In this document: positions 19,492 to 29,176 of the stretch, in pieces | Numbering within the stretch: position 1 is the first letter of the stretch | How the letters are laid out: each line of letters opens with the position of its first letter | Assembly (NCBI GenBank): GCA_963703345.1 | Contig: OY969814.1 | Coordinates: forward strand, 1,440,001 to 1,504,000 | Length of the DNA: 64,000 bases | DNA from: an uncultured Chloroflexia bacterium | GTDB lineage: Bacteria; Chloroflexota; Dehalococcoidia; DSTF01; JALHUB01 | Reading direction: 5' to 3' | Made by a program: the position numbers and the translations under genes | The notes under the pieces: model-generated | Seen by the model: only the letters and a program-made list of their open reading frames with translations | Database searches by the model: none | Told to the model about the DNA's origin: nothing

Positions 19492-19837
19492 GACGAGTAC
19501 TAAGCCTCCTTCTTGTTAGCGGGAACGCTAGACAGCGGGATTTCTGAGACGAGGAACTAATGCGCCAAGTATAGCGCTGGCGAAGCGTTTGTCAAGCGGG
19601 CGCACAAAAAGCATAGAGGGTGCTGCTGGGCAAAGCCAATCGATCGTCACCATTTCCGGATGGTGATGCCTCGCAGACCGGAAACGACAGAGCATCTGAC
19701 TCCGAGGCAGAGGGCCTTGGGAGTGACCGCAGACGTCGGGAAACGAAGGTTGGGGGAGTGAGGTCCCGCCACAACCATCTCTTGGCGAAGGCGGCCACGA
19801 TTCCTGTCCCTGGTGTGGCTTGGTCCTTGCGGGTGGC

Positions 19838-22800
19838 CTATTCCGGGCGGATCTCTGCCGCGAGTCGGATGCCCTGCACGTGGTCCGAGTTGAGGAATGT
19901 ATCTCGGAGCGATCCGTCGCTGAGTCTGGCGGCTACTCCCTCAATGACGGCGATTGCATCCCGATAGGCTTGGAGGGCATCGTCGGGCCTCCCCTGGGCC
20001 TTTCGCAGGTTTCCCAGGGCGGCCTGAGTCTTCCAGAGCTGGGGCGGGTTGCCGACCTGCTGGGCGATCTCTAGGGCCGTGGCAAGCTCCTTCTCCGCCT
20101 CCGGCAGCTTGCCCTGGGCCAGGAACACCTGCCCCCGTAGCCGGCAGCCCTTGACGATGTTCTTCCTGCTGTCGCTTTGTTCCGCCAGGGCCAGGCACTC
20201 GTCGGCGCAGGCAAGGGCCTTGTCGTAATCGCCCCTGACCAGCCAAAGCTCGCCGTAGCTGTGGAACAGGTGCTGGGAGTAGCGCCAGAGCATCCAGCGG
20301 TCCTGGGGCCGTGGGTTTCGTACCACCTGCTCGACCCTCTGGAACTGCTCGTCGGCCTCATCGGGGCGGCCCAGGGCTAGCAGGTTGTCTCCAAGGTTCA
20401 GGCGGGCGTTGCTTTCGCACTCAGGGTCAGGGAGGTTTGCCTCCACTGCCGCCTCGACCCCCCGCCCGTTCCACTCCATTGCCTGCTGGTGGTCCTGGAG
20501 CTCGCCGTACACCCAGCCTATGGTGTTCACGACGCGAGCCCGAGTAAAGACGTCGCCCACGCGGCCGCAGGTCGCGAGTAGATGCGCGAGGAGAGCAAGG
20601 GTCTGCTGGCAGTCTCCCCTGCCCCCACGGGCAAGGGCGTCTGCCCACTGATTCCACATGAGCGGGGTGATCTGACGGCCTTTTTCGGCGGCCCCGCGCC
20701 AGCGCTCGAGGACCTCGAGGGCTTCATTGAAGCGGCCAGCCCAGATGGACCTCAAGCTGCGGTTCACGCCCCACCAGGCCCCAGTGAGGCGATTACCAAC
20801 CTCGGGCGCCAGCTCCTCCGCCGTCCGCGTGAGGGGTTCGGCCTCAGCGTGGCGGTTGATAACCACGTACATCGAGGCGAGCTCGGAACTCGCGACGAAG
20901 CGAACGTCGTTGAAACCCTCATCGCCAATCGCCAGAGCGGCCCTCAACGTTCCCTCCGCTGTCTCGAACTCGTGGTCCCAGAACTCGCCGGCACCGCGTC
21001 GGGCGAAAGCGATCCCCTCCAGGTGCCGGTCGCCCAAGCTGCGGGCGGCCACCCGCATCCGGTCGAAGTCGGCGGCGGCGCCCGAAAAGTCCCCGATCGT
21101 GATGTCTACGAAGGCCCGGCTCAAGGCTATGGAGGCGGATACCGCAAGGGCCGACTTGCCCAGCCTCTCGCACACCTCCAGAGCCTGGGCGTAGTACTCT
21201 AGCGCGTCCTGGTTGGCGTAGGCAGCGGCCGCCTTCTCGCCGGCCTTCGCTAGGTAGTCCAGGGCCTTGTCCCACTCCTGCCCCTCGGAGTAGTGGTGGG
21301 CCAGCGCCTCGTAGTGCTCAGGCAGGCGGTCGGCGTACAGCTCCTCGATGGCCGCCGCCACGATGCGGTGGAGCGCCTTGCGCCGTCCCAGCACCAGGGT
21401 GGAGTAGGCCACGTCATGGGTGAGGGCGTGCTTGAACATATAGGACAGCTCGGGGAAGTAGGCCTTCTCGTAGATCAGCTCCAGTGATTTGAGCTCGGCC
21501 AGCAGGTCGTCCGGCTTCGCCTCGATGTCCGAGATGCGATTCAGCAGCCGCACCGTGAACTCGCGGCCGATGACGGAGGCGAGCTGGATGGCTTCCCTGG
21601 CCTGGCGCTCCAGCCGGTCGATGCGGCTGAGGATCACCTCCTGGATGGTGTCGGGCACCCGGATCTGCTCCAGGGCGCGTTCCACCGAGTAGCTACCGTT
21701 GGTCTTGCGGAGGACGCCGGATTCTACCAGAGACTTGGTGACCTCCTCGATGTAGAAGGGGTTGCCCTCCGCCTTGCTGGTGATGAGCTGCTGGAGCTGC
21801 TGGGGCAGCGTGGCCACCTGGAGCACCCGCTCTGCCATGGCGGCGCTCTCCTCCGGCGGCAGGTGGCCCAGGGCCAGGCGGCTGTAGTAGGTGCGCTCGC
21901 CCAGGGAGTGGGCGTAGCCGGGCCGGTAGGTCAGGATCAGCAGCACCGGCGCCAAGGCGACGACGTCCACCAGCGCCGCCAGCGCCTCCTCTGACATCTC
22001 GTCCACCCAGTGCAGGTCCTCCACGATCACCACTAGCGGCCGCCGGCGGCTCTCCTGGAGGAGGAGCGCCCGCAGGCTGTCGAAGACGCCGGCCCGCCGC
22101 TCCAGGGGGTCCATGACCGTCACAGCCGGGTCGCCGGGGTCTACGTTCAGCAGGTACTTGAGATAGGGGACTGTCGCCTCGGCCGCTTCGTCCCAGGGGG
22201 CCGTGCCCTCGTCAACTTTGCGGATAATGGCGGCATCATTGTCCGCCTCCTGCACGCCGAAGTTGCCCTTCAGGATGTCGATGATGGGCAGGTAGGGGAT
22301 GTTCTTGCCGTAGGAGATGCAGGGGCCTTCCAGCCAGGTGGCCGCCTCGTCTAGGATAGAGCGGCGGAACTCCAGGAGGAGGCGGGACTTGCCGATACCG
22401 GCCTCGCCCGAGACGAACACCACCTGTCCCTGGCCCCGCTTGGCCTGTTCCAGGTAGCCCCTGAGCACGGTCAGCTCCTGGTCGCGGCCGATGAAGGGGG
22501 TGAGGCCGCGCTCAGCTGCCGCTTCGAGGCGGGTGCGCACCGCCTTCTCCCCCACGGCCCTGTAGGCCACCACCGGCTCCGCTTTGCCCTTTACCGTTAG
22601 CGCCCCCAGCAGCTCGCACTCGAAGTAGTCCTGTACCGCCCGGTAGGTGTTCTTGCTCAGGTAGACCGCGCCGGGCTCGGCTAGCTGTTCCATTCGGGCT
22701 GCCAAGTTCACGGTGTCGCCCAGGGCCGTGTAGTCCATGTTCAGGCTGTCGGAGATCTTGCCGACGACCACGGGGCCGGTGTTGAGGCCGACGCGAAAGC

Positions 22801-23347
22801 GGCACTCGATGGCATGGCGCTTCTTGACCTCCGCGCCATGTTCGTCGAGGGATTTCTGCATCTCCAGGGCGGCGGCCACGGCGCGGCGGGCCGAGTCCTC
22901 GTGGGCGATAGGGGCACCGAACAGGGCCATGACGCCGTCACCCGTGAACGTCGTAACCGTGCCCTCGTAGCGGTGGACAGCCTCCATCATCCGGCTGAGG
23001 CAGGCCTGCATCAGGTCGTAGACGTCCTCCTCGTCCAAGCGCTCAGAGATAGGAGTGAAGCCCATGGCGTCTGCGAATAGGACGGTCACTGTGCGGCGTT
23101 CGCCTTCCAGCGCGGCGCGGTCGTGGAGAATCTTCTCGGCCAGGTGAGGCGGTGTGTAGGTAAGGGGATCCAGAGCGGGGACCCCCTTCGAGGGCTCAAC
23201 TACGCGATGGCCGCAGGAGTCGCAAAAGAGAGCTGCGCGCCTAAGCTGTGCCCCGCAGCTCGTGCAGACATCTACCAGGGCTGCGCCGCATTGGTCGCAG
23301 AAGGATGCCGTTTCACGATTGTCGTGGCCGCACGAACGGCACAGCAT
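19838..23347 (-). CDS. Double zinc ribbon + class III adenylate/guanylate cyclase + AAA/STAND ATPase + TPR protein
   Basis: Four CxxC, TVLFAD, FTGDG, GDTVNLAAR, GEAGIGKS, EDLHW, GNPFY, TPR tail. Confidence 0.93.
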   Translation of the reverse strand: MLCRSCGHDNRETASFCDQCGAALVDVCTSCGAQLRRAALFCDSCGHRVVEPSKGVPALDPLTYTPPHLAEKILHDRAALEGERRTVTVLFADAMGFTPISERLDEEDVYDLMQACLSRMMEAVHRYEGTVTTFTGDGVMALFGAPIAHEDSARRAVAAALEMQKSLDEHGAEVKKRHAIECRFRVGLNTGPVVVGKISDSLNMDYTALGDTVNLAARMEQLAEPGAVYLSKNTYRAVQDYFECELLGALTVKGKAEPVVAYRAVGEKAVRTRLEAAAERGLTPFIGRDQELTVLRGYLEQAKRGQGQVVFVSGEAGIGKSRLLLEFRRSILDEAATWLEGPCISYGKNIPYLPIIDILKGNFGVQEADNDAAIIRKVDEGTAPWDEAAEATVPYLKYLLNVDPGDPAVTVMDPLERRAGVFDSLRALLLQESRRRPLVVIVEDLHWVDEMSEEALAALVDVVALAPVLLILTYRPGYAHSLGERTYYSRLALGHLPPEESAAMAERVLQVATLPQQLQQLITSKAEGNPFYIEEVTKSLVESGVLRKTNGSYSVERALEQIRVPDTIQEVILSRIDRLERQAREAIQLASVIGREFTVRLLNRISDIEAKPDDLLAELKSLELIYEKAYFPELSYMFKHALTHDVAYSTLVLGRRKALHRIVAAAIEELYADRLPEHYEALAHHYSEGQEWDKALDYLAKAGEKAAAAYANQDALEYYAQALEVCERLGKSALAVSASIALSRAFVDITIGDFSGAAADFDRMRVAARSLGDRHLEGIAFARRGAGEFWDHEFETAEGTLRAALAIGDEGFNDVRFVASSELASMYVVINRHAEAEPLTRTAEELAPEVGNRLTGAWWGVNRSLRSIWAGRFNEALEVLERWRGAAEKGRQITPLMWNQWADALARGGRGDCQQTLALLAHLLATCGRVGDVFTRARVVNTIGWVYGELQDHQQAMEWNGRGVEAAVEANLPDPECESNARLNLGDNLLALGRPDEADEQFQRVEQVVRNPRPQDRWMLWRYSQHLFHSYGELWLVRGDYDKALACADECLALAEQSDSRKNIVKGCRLRGQVFLAQGKLPEAEKELATALEIAQQVGNPPQLWKTQAALGNLRKAQGRPDDALQAYRDAIAVIEGVAARLSDGSLRDTFLNSDHVQGIRLAAEIRPE

Positions 23348-24417
23348 ACGTCCCGCCGATCTTCCGCGTTGCATCGGAAGCTTTCGCGGACGCACCGATC
23401 TTGCATCAGGCTAAGAGAAATGTCAAATGTGGCGACGCCCGAAAAGTTGCCCCTTCAGACGGGTCCCGGCCCCATGGCTCCAATTGGGATCGTCAGACTC
23501 TTGCCGGGCTAACGATTAGCCGCACGATGCACGCTTAGTGTGCGTTGGAGGGCACGATTAGGTTGTTCGCTGTCTGACTGCTGGACTAGAAGTCCGCGAC
23601 CACCATGCGCTGTGCTAAACAGGTTCAGGAGGCTACCGGCAGTGAGCGAAGGGCGTCCAGTTACACGGTGAAACTATGCTCCCCGCGCTGCGACCGCCAC
23701 ATCCTCCGTAGAGACTACTGGTGAACAGCGGCCGGCAGAATCCGTGAATCCTTCACACCTATTTCACGGGATCTCCCCTGGTCTCCACACTGAACGGCAC
23801 ACTTGGCGCCCAAAATTGGTTATGGCCCGCCTGATGGATCCCCGTCCGGTGTTGGGGCTGCTGGCCGGCGGGTTAGGAGCGCCTTGCATCGCGGGACGTG
23901 CACTCCGTTGAGTGCGGTTCTTATACGGAACGGTGAAGGTGCAGTCGCATCCGTGTTCGCCGCGGCGACAAGGTTGACACGGGATTGAGCCGAAAATGGC
24001 ACCGTCTTTCGAGAGCGGAGCCTCCTTGGGTCGTCAACAACCCGGCTCGCCCGTCGCGTCCTCGCGGCATCCTCACAGCGAAGGGAGGAGGTGATGGCTC
24101 AGATGCGCTGACTTAGGGCGGGCGAGGCCCGCGGCTCCTGTGCTAGCTCCGGTAGCCCTGGTTTCTACGTCGAGTCGCCGTCGTCCTTGCATCGCTCTAC
24201 CTCATCGAGCAGGATCATTATCGGCGTCGCTGAGTTGCGGACGACGTGCTTCTTCATGGTCGCGGCCAGGGCGTCGAGCCATTGCCGCCTCACCTTGTCA
24301 CCTCCGTCAGCGAGACGATTTCCCCCAGCGTCACGACCGGCGGGAGGCCGGGGGAGTCGCACCGATAGCGCCAGCCGAGCATCCGGCCGATCCGCTGATC
24401 TTGGGCAGCGGTCAAAC

Positions 24418-24514
24418 GTCGCCGGGTCCGAGACGAGTTGCGGGGCTGCGCGGGTCATCGCTATACTTGGATGCGATGCGGCGGTAGCTCAGCGGTAGAG
24501 CTCCTGCCTTCCAA
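24418..24514 (+). repeat. 97-bp direct repeat copy 2, containing a second tRNA-Gly 5' half (24478-24514); attL of the 5.7 kb element
   Basis: GCGGCGGTAGCTCAGCGGTAGAGCTCCTGCCTTCCAA; identity to the tRNA stops right after the anticodon loop; G5-to-C change. Confidence 0.95.
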
Positions 24515-24681
24515 ACAGTTGTTCGCAAGCGCTGTCCGTCAAACTCGCGAACTCTCACCGAAAACCCCACAGTTATCGACTGTCCCATAGTGTCTTCCAG
24601 CGACACCTCGATTTCGGCAAGTGGCGTCTCATCCACGCAAACATAACTGACCCTGCTATTTGTCCGTACAATGCTGGCCCC

Positions 24682-24710
24682 TTGACCCTGCCCTCTCGCA
24701 GCCTTAACCT
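24682..24710 (+). promoter_or_regulatory. Sigma70-type promoter for cargo genes
   Basis: TTGACC-N17-TAACCT. Confidence 0.5.
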
Positions 24711-24763
24711 GCCACTCACTGAGGCGCCATATCCGCCATGTCGTTGCCCAGAAAGGTCAACAA

Positions 24764-25162
24764 TTGGACCGCGGCACAATAGCCCTACTCGCTATCGGGG
24801 CGGGTTTCCTGCTCTTAACGGCCTTCCTATCGAACCTCCCCCAGCTACTGCGCGGCATCTCCCGTCTCGGCGCGCTACTCGAAGACACGCTCTTCCTCGC
24901 CGACGCCCATCAATTCGAACAGGAACTTGACAATCTCTTCTCTGGGTTCGACCCCGGCACCGAGAGAGCAAACACCATCCAAACCGTGAACGCCGAGCGA
25001 AAACGCGCTGACGATGCCTTGACGGACGCTCTCCCGCCCGAATACCGCTGCCCCTACTGCTCCGGAGTCATGCGGAGGCGCACCGGAAGACACGGTCCCT
25101 TCTATGGCTGCAGCAACTACCCGCAGTGCCGTTATACCAAGGATTCACCCCTCACATCTTGA
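24764..25162 (+). CDS. Membrane-anchored protein with topoisomerase-type C4 zinc finger
   Basis: N-terminal hydrophobic helix; CPYCSGVMRRRTGRHGPFYGCSNYPQC. Confidence 0.8.
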   Translation: MDRGTIALLAIGAGFLLLTAFLSNLPQLLRGISRLGALLEDTLFLADAHQFEQELDNLFSGFDPGTERANTIQTVNAERKRADDALTDALPPEYRCPYCSGVMRRRTGRHGPFYGCSNYPQCRYTKDSPLTS

Positions 25163-25163
25163 A

Positions 25164-26399
25164 ATGAGAGAGAAATACCAACGCCGCCTTGCCGAACTCC
25201 GCGACTTGCTCTCCCAACTTCACACGGAGCGCGTGCAATTTGATGCCTACGTGGCCCAGGCCCGGAGGGGATTCCAGGCTTATCTATCTGACCAAAAGCT
25301 AGATTTGCACGCGTCCCGCCAGCTACTGACGTCCCACGAAAAGCAATTCCGCGACAAACAGGAAGCCGTTGAGAAACGGCTTCGCGCGAGAGAAGACGCC
25401 CTTGAGCAACTCACCCAACAGAAGACAGAAGGCTTCCCCTGGCTAGCCCAAGCGTATGCCGAGTTTCTCCGCTTGCAGGATAAGAAAGACGAATCATCCT
25501 TGAGAACCAAAACACGCCCGGCCATCAAGGCTGCGGACACCCTTAGGGAAGCATCACGGGCAAAGCGAACGGCTGAGAAGAAGGCAAAGGTCCTCGAGTA
25601 TGTACTCAGATACTACGAAGCACTCTTCCCTTGGCTTTCCGACCTTAGAGGCGAGGACGTTGATGACCTTCTAATCGCCATCACGACGGAGAAACAGCAA
25701 GAGGCTGACACAGAAGTCGAAGACGCCGCACGGCAATGGCTCACAGAGGCAGAGTATTCCTCCTTACCGGTTGCCGAGAAATGCCAGCTTGCGCTAGACC
25801 GCTATTGGAAAGGCAGAAAGCGCCCTTGGCAGCTCGGTAGGGATTACGAGAGATATGTCGGCTTCCGCTACGAAGAGCAGGGCTTTGCAGTGTACTACCA
25901 AGGCATCGTCGAGGGGCTAGAGGATCTAGGTCGCGATCTGTTAGCCACCAAAGGCAATTGTGTAGATGTTGTTCAGTGCAAGTACTGGTCCAAAGACAAA
26001 ACGATACACGAGAAACACGTCAATCAGCTCTTTGGCACGGCGATGGCCTACCGGATAGATCATCCGGATAAAGAGGTCATTCCGGTCTTTTACACTTCCA
26101 CCTGTCTGTCGCCTAGGGCCAAGCAGTTCGCTGACATGCTCAGTGTAACGTATTTCGAGAATGCCCCTCTGTCCCCGTACCCCTGCATTAAATGCAACGT
26201 CTCACGCAAGGATGGCACGAAGATATACCATTTGCCCTTCGACCAACAGTATGACCGCACTATCATCGAACAAGAGCGACTTGAGTGCTACGTTGAGACC
26301 GTCGCAGAGGCCGAAGCTCTGGGCTTCCGCCGAGCATTCCGCTGGAGGGGTGGACAGACTACTGCTGGATCTTCCGAGGCACCAAACCCTGGCCACTGA
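25164..26399 (+). CDS. Coiled coil + Mrr-like PD-(D/E)xK restriction endonuclease with small C-terminal metal-binding-like domain
   Basis: GRDYERYVG...DLGRDLL...VVQCKYW (Mrr-type QxK); IKCNVS...IYHLP...EAEALGFRRA tail. Confidence 0.82.
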   Translation: MREKYQRRLAELRDLLSQLHTERVQFDAYVAQARRGFQAYLSDQKLDLHASRQLLTSHEKQFRDKQEAVEKRLRAREDALEQLTQQKTEGFPWLAQAYAEFLRLQDKKDESSLRTKTRPAIKAADTLREASRAKRTAEKKAKVLEYVLRYYEALFPWLSDLRGEDVDDLLIAITTEKQQEADTEVEDAARQWLTEAEYSSLPVAEKCQLALDRYWKGRKRPWQLGRDYERYVGFRYEEQGFAVYYQGIVEGLEDLGRDLLATKGNCVDVVQCKYWSKDKTIHEKHVNQLFGTAMAYRIDHPDKEVIPVFYTSTCLSPRAKQFADMLSVTYFENAPLSPYPCIKCNVSRKDGTKIYHLPFDQQYDRTIIEQERLECYVETVAEAEALGFRRAFRWRGGQTTAGSSEAPNPGH

Positions 26400-26411
26400 G
26401 CCTCTAAGGGG

Positions 26412-26537
26412 CCGTCGCAGAAATCGCTCCGGCCCGTGAACTGCAGCTTCGGTTCCCGCACCCGCACGTCAAGGGTCCCGATGGCTGCGCCACGCGCTTC
26501 ACGCGCCCTTGACCCGCTACCCAGTTACCCCTACCCT
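26412..26537 (+). repeat. Conserved noncoding hairpin/promoter element, copy B; candidate single-strand origin or ssDNA promoter
   Basis: GTCAAGGG(26468)...CCCTTGAC(26513) inverted repeat whose right arm is the -35 of TTGACC-N17-TACCCT. Confidence 0.75.
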
Positions 26538-26647
26538 CAGGTAAGTGAACATCCGCCACCAGAGCCCGCGCGAGTACGCTGCCACAACGCGAGCTCAACA
26601 AGAAACCGCCGCCTCATCTATCTGAAGAAGAGGGGTACACTACACGC

Positions 26648-27238
26648 GTGTCTGGCGATAGTACCGACGACCTCAGGCCAACTATTAAGGTCACAGCCGT
26701 CATACTCCTGGAGGTCCTGGGATCCGTTCTGCTGGCAGTCGCAGCTCCATGGAAGCAACATCGCCAACTGATCGTAGTCGGAACCTTCGACCAGCTACTT
26801 GGGGTATTCCTTCTTGCATGGCCTGACCTGGAAAACCAAGCTCTCAGGGCATTTACGGTAAGCCGCCGCGCCTGGGCCAATTTCGTACGTTGGTACCCGA
26901 CAGCTTGGCGACGAGCACGAGAGGAAGTCAAATGGTGGTTCCGGCAACGCGCTGAGACGGCGGCCAACTGGTATCGCCAGCTCAGAGGCCGGCCACGATC
27001 AATGACCGTCAGACTTCCGCCAGCGACGCTTCACCTTAGCGCTGGCGTATCTGCCACGTTAACACGCGGCGGAACAATAGCTGATAGGCTCCAACGCCTC
27101 GAAAACGACGTCGCCCGACTCCCAGCTCAATGGCGAAATGACATGATCAATCTGCGCGATAGGCGCGTCCAACTCCGCTGGTATGGAGTGCCATTAATCC
27201 TGACCGGGGTCGTTCTTCTCAGTTGGGCGACCTGGTAG
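26648..27238 (+). CDS. Hypothetical membrane protein (element cargo)
   Basis: Three hydrophobic segments; GAGGGG SD; downstream of the element promoter. Confidence 0.6.
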   Translation: MSGDSTDDLRPTIKVTAVILLEVLGSVLLAVAAPWKQHRQLIVVGTFDQLLGVFLLAWPDLENQALRAFTVSRRAWANFVRWYPTAWRRAREEVKWWFRQRAETAANWYRQLRGRPRSMTVRLPPATLHLSAGVSATLTRGGTIADRLQRLENDVARLPAQWRNDMINLRDRRVQLRWYGVPLILTGVVLLSWATW

Positions 27239-28250
27239 CCCAGCTTCGTACAGCGGGCACCTTGCCAGGCTCGGCTTCCCGTCCTTTAGCCGCGCCTTCT
27301 AGCATCGTCCGGTGCTTAGATTTCAATCTTGACTCACCGCTCTTCACCGTTTCCAGCAAGAAGCCAATGTCGCCCCCATCGTCCTTAACGATCATAGCCG
27401 CAGTGGGACCACACGTAGTCTTAAACCACTTTCGCCTCTGTTCGAGAGTCGGCAAAGGTTTCGGAGCATACACCCCCTGTTCTTTCTCAGCTGAGCCTAC
27501 CAGTGCCTCGAACCAGCCCAAGCGTGGGCAGCGCCTCGGCTTCTCATCAACTGTCCGATCCACGAACTCGACCATCTGCAGCAGCCGTTCTGCCCACACC
27601 TTTCCCCAACGCTCAAGAACGAGCCTCTTCAGCATTCTTTCCGCTGCGTCGTCACGTACTTGGAGCTCCCATCTCGTAGCCGGAATGAGCCCTCCGCTTT
27701 GCTCGTCCTTGTCATAGACTCGCAACTTCTGCCTTGAGCCCTTGCCCCCTCCATATACGGTCATCCCGCCATGAAGCGTTTCGTCACGAGTCCAGTTCCC
27801 TTCGAGGATGTGTGACGACCAGTCTCCCCTATCCAGTGCTTCCCATACGTCCTTGGCTCGAACAATCTTGTTGAAGTCGTCCGCTGCCAAGTCGATTCGC
27901 GAGGCCTTCGCCCCTTTTGCGTCGAGCCACCCTAGAAGACCGCGCATCTGCGCTTCCTCCATCGACTGGCAGATATCGCCCTTTAGCTGCACATGGATTT
28001 CCGGCCTGTGTGCCGACCACATGATGGCCGCGCCACCAGGCGCGATTCTCTGATTCTCATAGTAGGAATTCCCCCGCTCAGCTGTTGTGAAATCGAACCC
28101 GATGTATCCTGACACCACCCTCTCGACTTCCCGCAGCTCCACTTCCCAGAGGCTGGGCTCGAGCCAATCAACAGAGAACACCAATGGATTTTCTGCCCCC
28201 CTGTTAGTACGCTGGGGGCAGCTGGCCGCGTCGCGATCAGCTTCGCTCAT
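27219..28250 (-). CDS. Rep_trans-family replication initiator / MOBT relaxase
   Basis: SVDWL, SRIDLAADD, TVYGG, LRVYDK (catalytic Tyr), RWELQ motifs. Confidence 0.9.
   Translation of the reverse strand: MSEADRDAASCPQRTNRGAENPLVFSVDWLEPSLWEVELREVERVVSGYIGFDFTTAERGNSYYENQRIAPGGAAIMWSAHRPEIHVQLKGDICQSMEEAQMRGLLGWLDAKGAKASRIDLAADDFNKIVRAKDVWEALDRGDWSSHILEGNWTRDETLHGGMTVYGGGKGSRQKLRVYDKDEQSGGLIPATRWELQVRDDAAERMLKRLVLERWGKVWAERLLQMVEFVDRTVDEKPRRCPRLGWFEALVGSAEKEQGVYAPKPLPTLEQRRKWFKTTCGPTAAMIVKDDGGDIGFLLETVKSGESRLKSKHRTMLEGAAKGREAEPGKVPAVRSWATRSPN
28194..28220 (-). other. nic site hairpin (oriT / double-strand origin)
   Basis: Minus strand TGCCCCCAGCGTACTAACAGGGGGGCA matches the C-run/CTAACA/G-run nic of ICEBs1 and Tn916, inside the 5' end of the relaxase gene. 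Confidence 0.85.
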
Positions 28251-28489
28251 CGCTTCCGCCGCCTTGCTTTCACGGACGCCAATGCTAGGCGCGCGAAATG
28301 CGCCTTGCGCGCCGCCTCGGCGCGCAAAGCGCGTTCGTTCGCCGGGAGCTTGCCCTCTGGGTCAATCAGGCGCTCGAAGCGCGATTCGAAGGCCGCTCGT
28401 GCGGGAGCAGTCGCTGCCGCCCTATCTCCCGTACCAGCCCACCGAGTGTATGACGCTATTCGCGCTCTGAGACTCACTTCGCCGCTCAT
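28247..28489 (-). CDS. Small basic conserved hypothetical protein of integrative elements
   Basis: SLRARIASYTRWA..DR.AATAPARAAF..RFE..IDPEG; ATGA overlap with rep. Confidence 0.75.
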   Translation of the reverse strand: MSGEVSLRARIASYTRWAGTGDRAAATAPARAAFESRFERLIDPEGKLPANERALRAEAARKAHFARLALASVKARRRKR

Positions 28490-28588
28490 CGTCCAACCAG
28501 CCCACAAACCCAATCGGCCACCTTCGACATGCATCGAAGATAGCCGACGCCCTGACCTAGCGGCGCATCGAAAACGCCCGTTATTCGA

Positions 28589-29176
28589 TCAGACCTGTTT
28601 TACGCTCGCCACCCCCTCTGCCAACTCCTGAGGCAAACCGTTCAAGCAGTATGGGCAGTACTTTGACTCGTGTGCTCTTTTCCCCCGCGCCGCTCCCGCC
28701 CTCGCCTTCACACGCTCATCCATCTCTCCCCAAGTATCTACGACTCGCCTGATCCACTTGATATTGCACGCCTTCAGCATCGTCACAATCAGGTCGTAAT
28801 CAGTCACCCCCTCTTTCTCACGAAGATGAGCAATTAGCATGTCCACCCCCGACCCCTTCCTCCTGCCGGACCGCACCGGTCCTGCTTCCGCGATCGAGGC
28901 CAACAACTCTTCTTCCCGCCCCTTCGCTTTGGCCCAATTCGATACTATCTCCCATTCTCCGTTCTCGTTGAGCCCCGCCACCAGGAAATTCCCCGATACG
29001 CTCGCCACCCAAAGCGAGAATCGCCATAGAGGCAGCGCTTGAATCTCCTCCAACGTGAACTCTGTCGGCTCCTCAAGCGACAGCGTCTTGTTGAAGTATT
29101 TCTTACTCTGAATCGGCAGGAGTTTCCGCCTCAGCTGAATCCGGTAGCGAATGAACAGGCCGTCCGACCTAGTCAC
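28589..29176 (-). CDS. Hypothetical protein coupled to the integrase
   Basis: GTGA overlap with integrase stop; C-terminal CPYC. Confidence 0.65.
   Translation of the reverse strand: MTRSDGLFIRYRIQLRRKLLPIQSKKYFNKTLSLEEPTEFTLEEIQALPLWRFSLWVASVSGNFLVAGLNENGEWEIVSNWAKAKGREEELLASIAEAGPVRSGRRKGSGVDMLIAHLREKEGVTDYDLIVTMLKACNIKWIRRVVDTWGEMDERVKARAGAARGKRAHESKYCPYCLNGLPQELAEGVASVKQV

Larger units (their letters stand above)
6082..24514. mobile_element. About 18.4 kb accessory segment bounded by the two tRNA-Gly 5'-half repeats; no integrase seen inside
   Basis: Flanking 97-bp direct repeats, defence-type genes and gene fragments, heterogeneous codon style. Confidence 0.6.
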
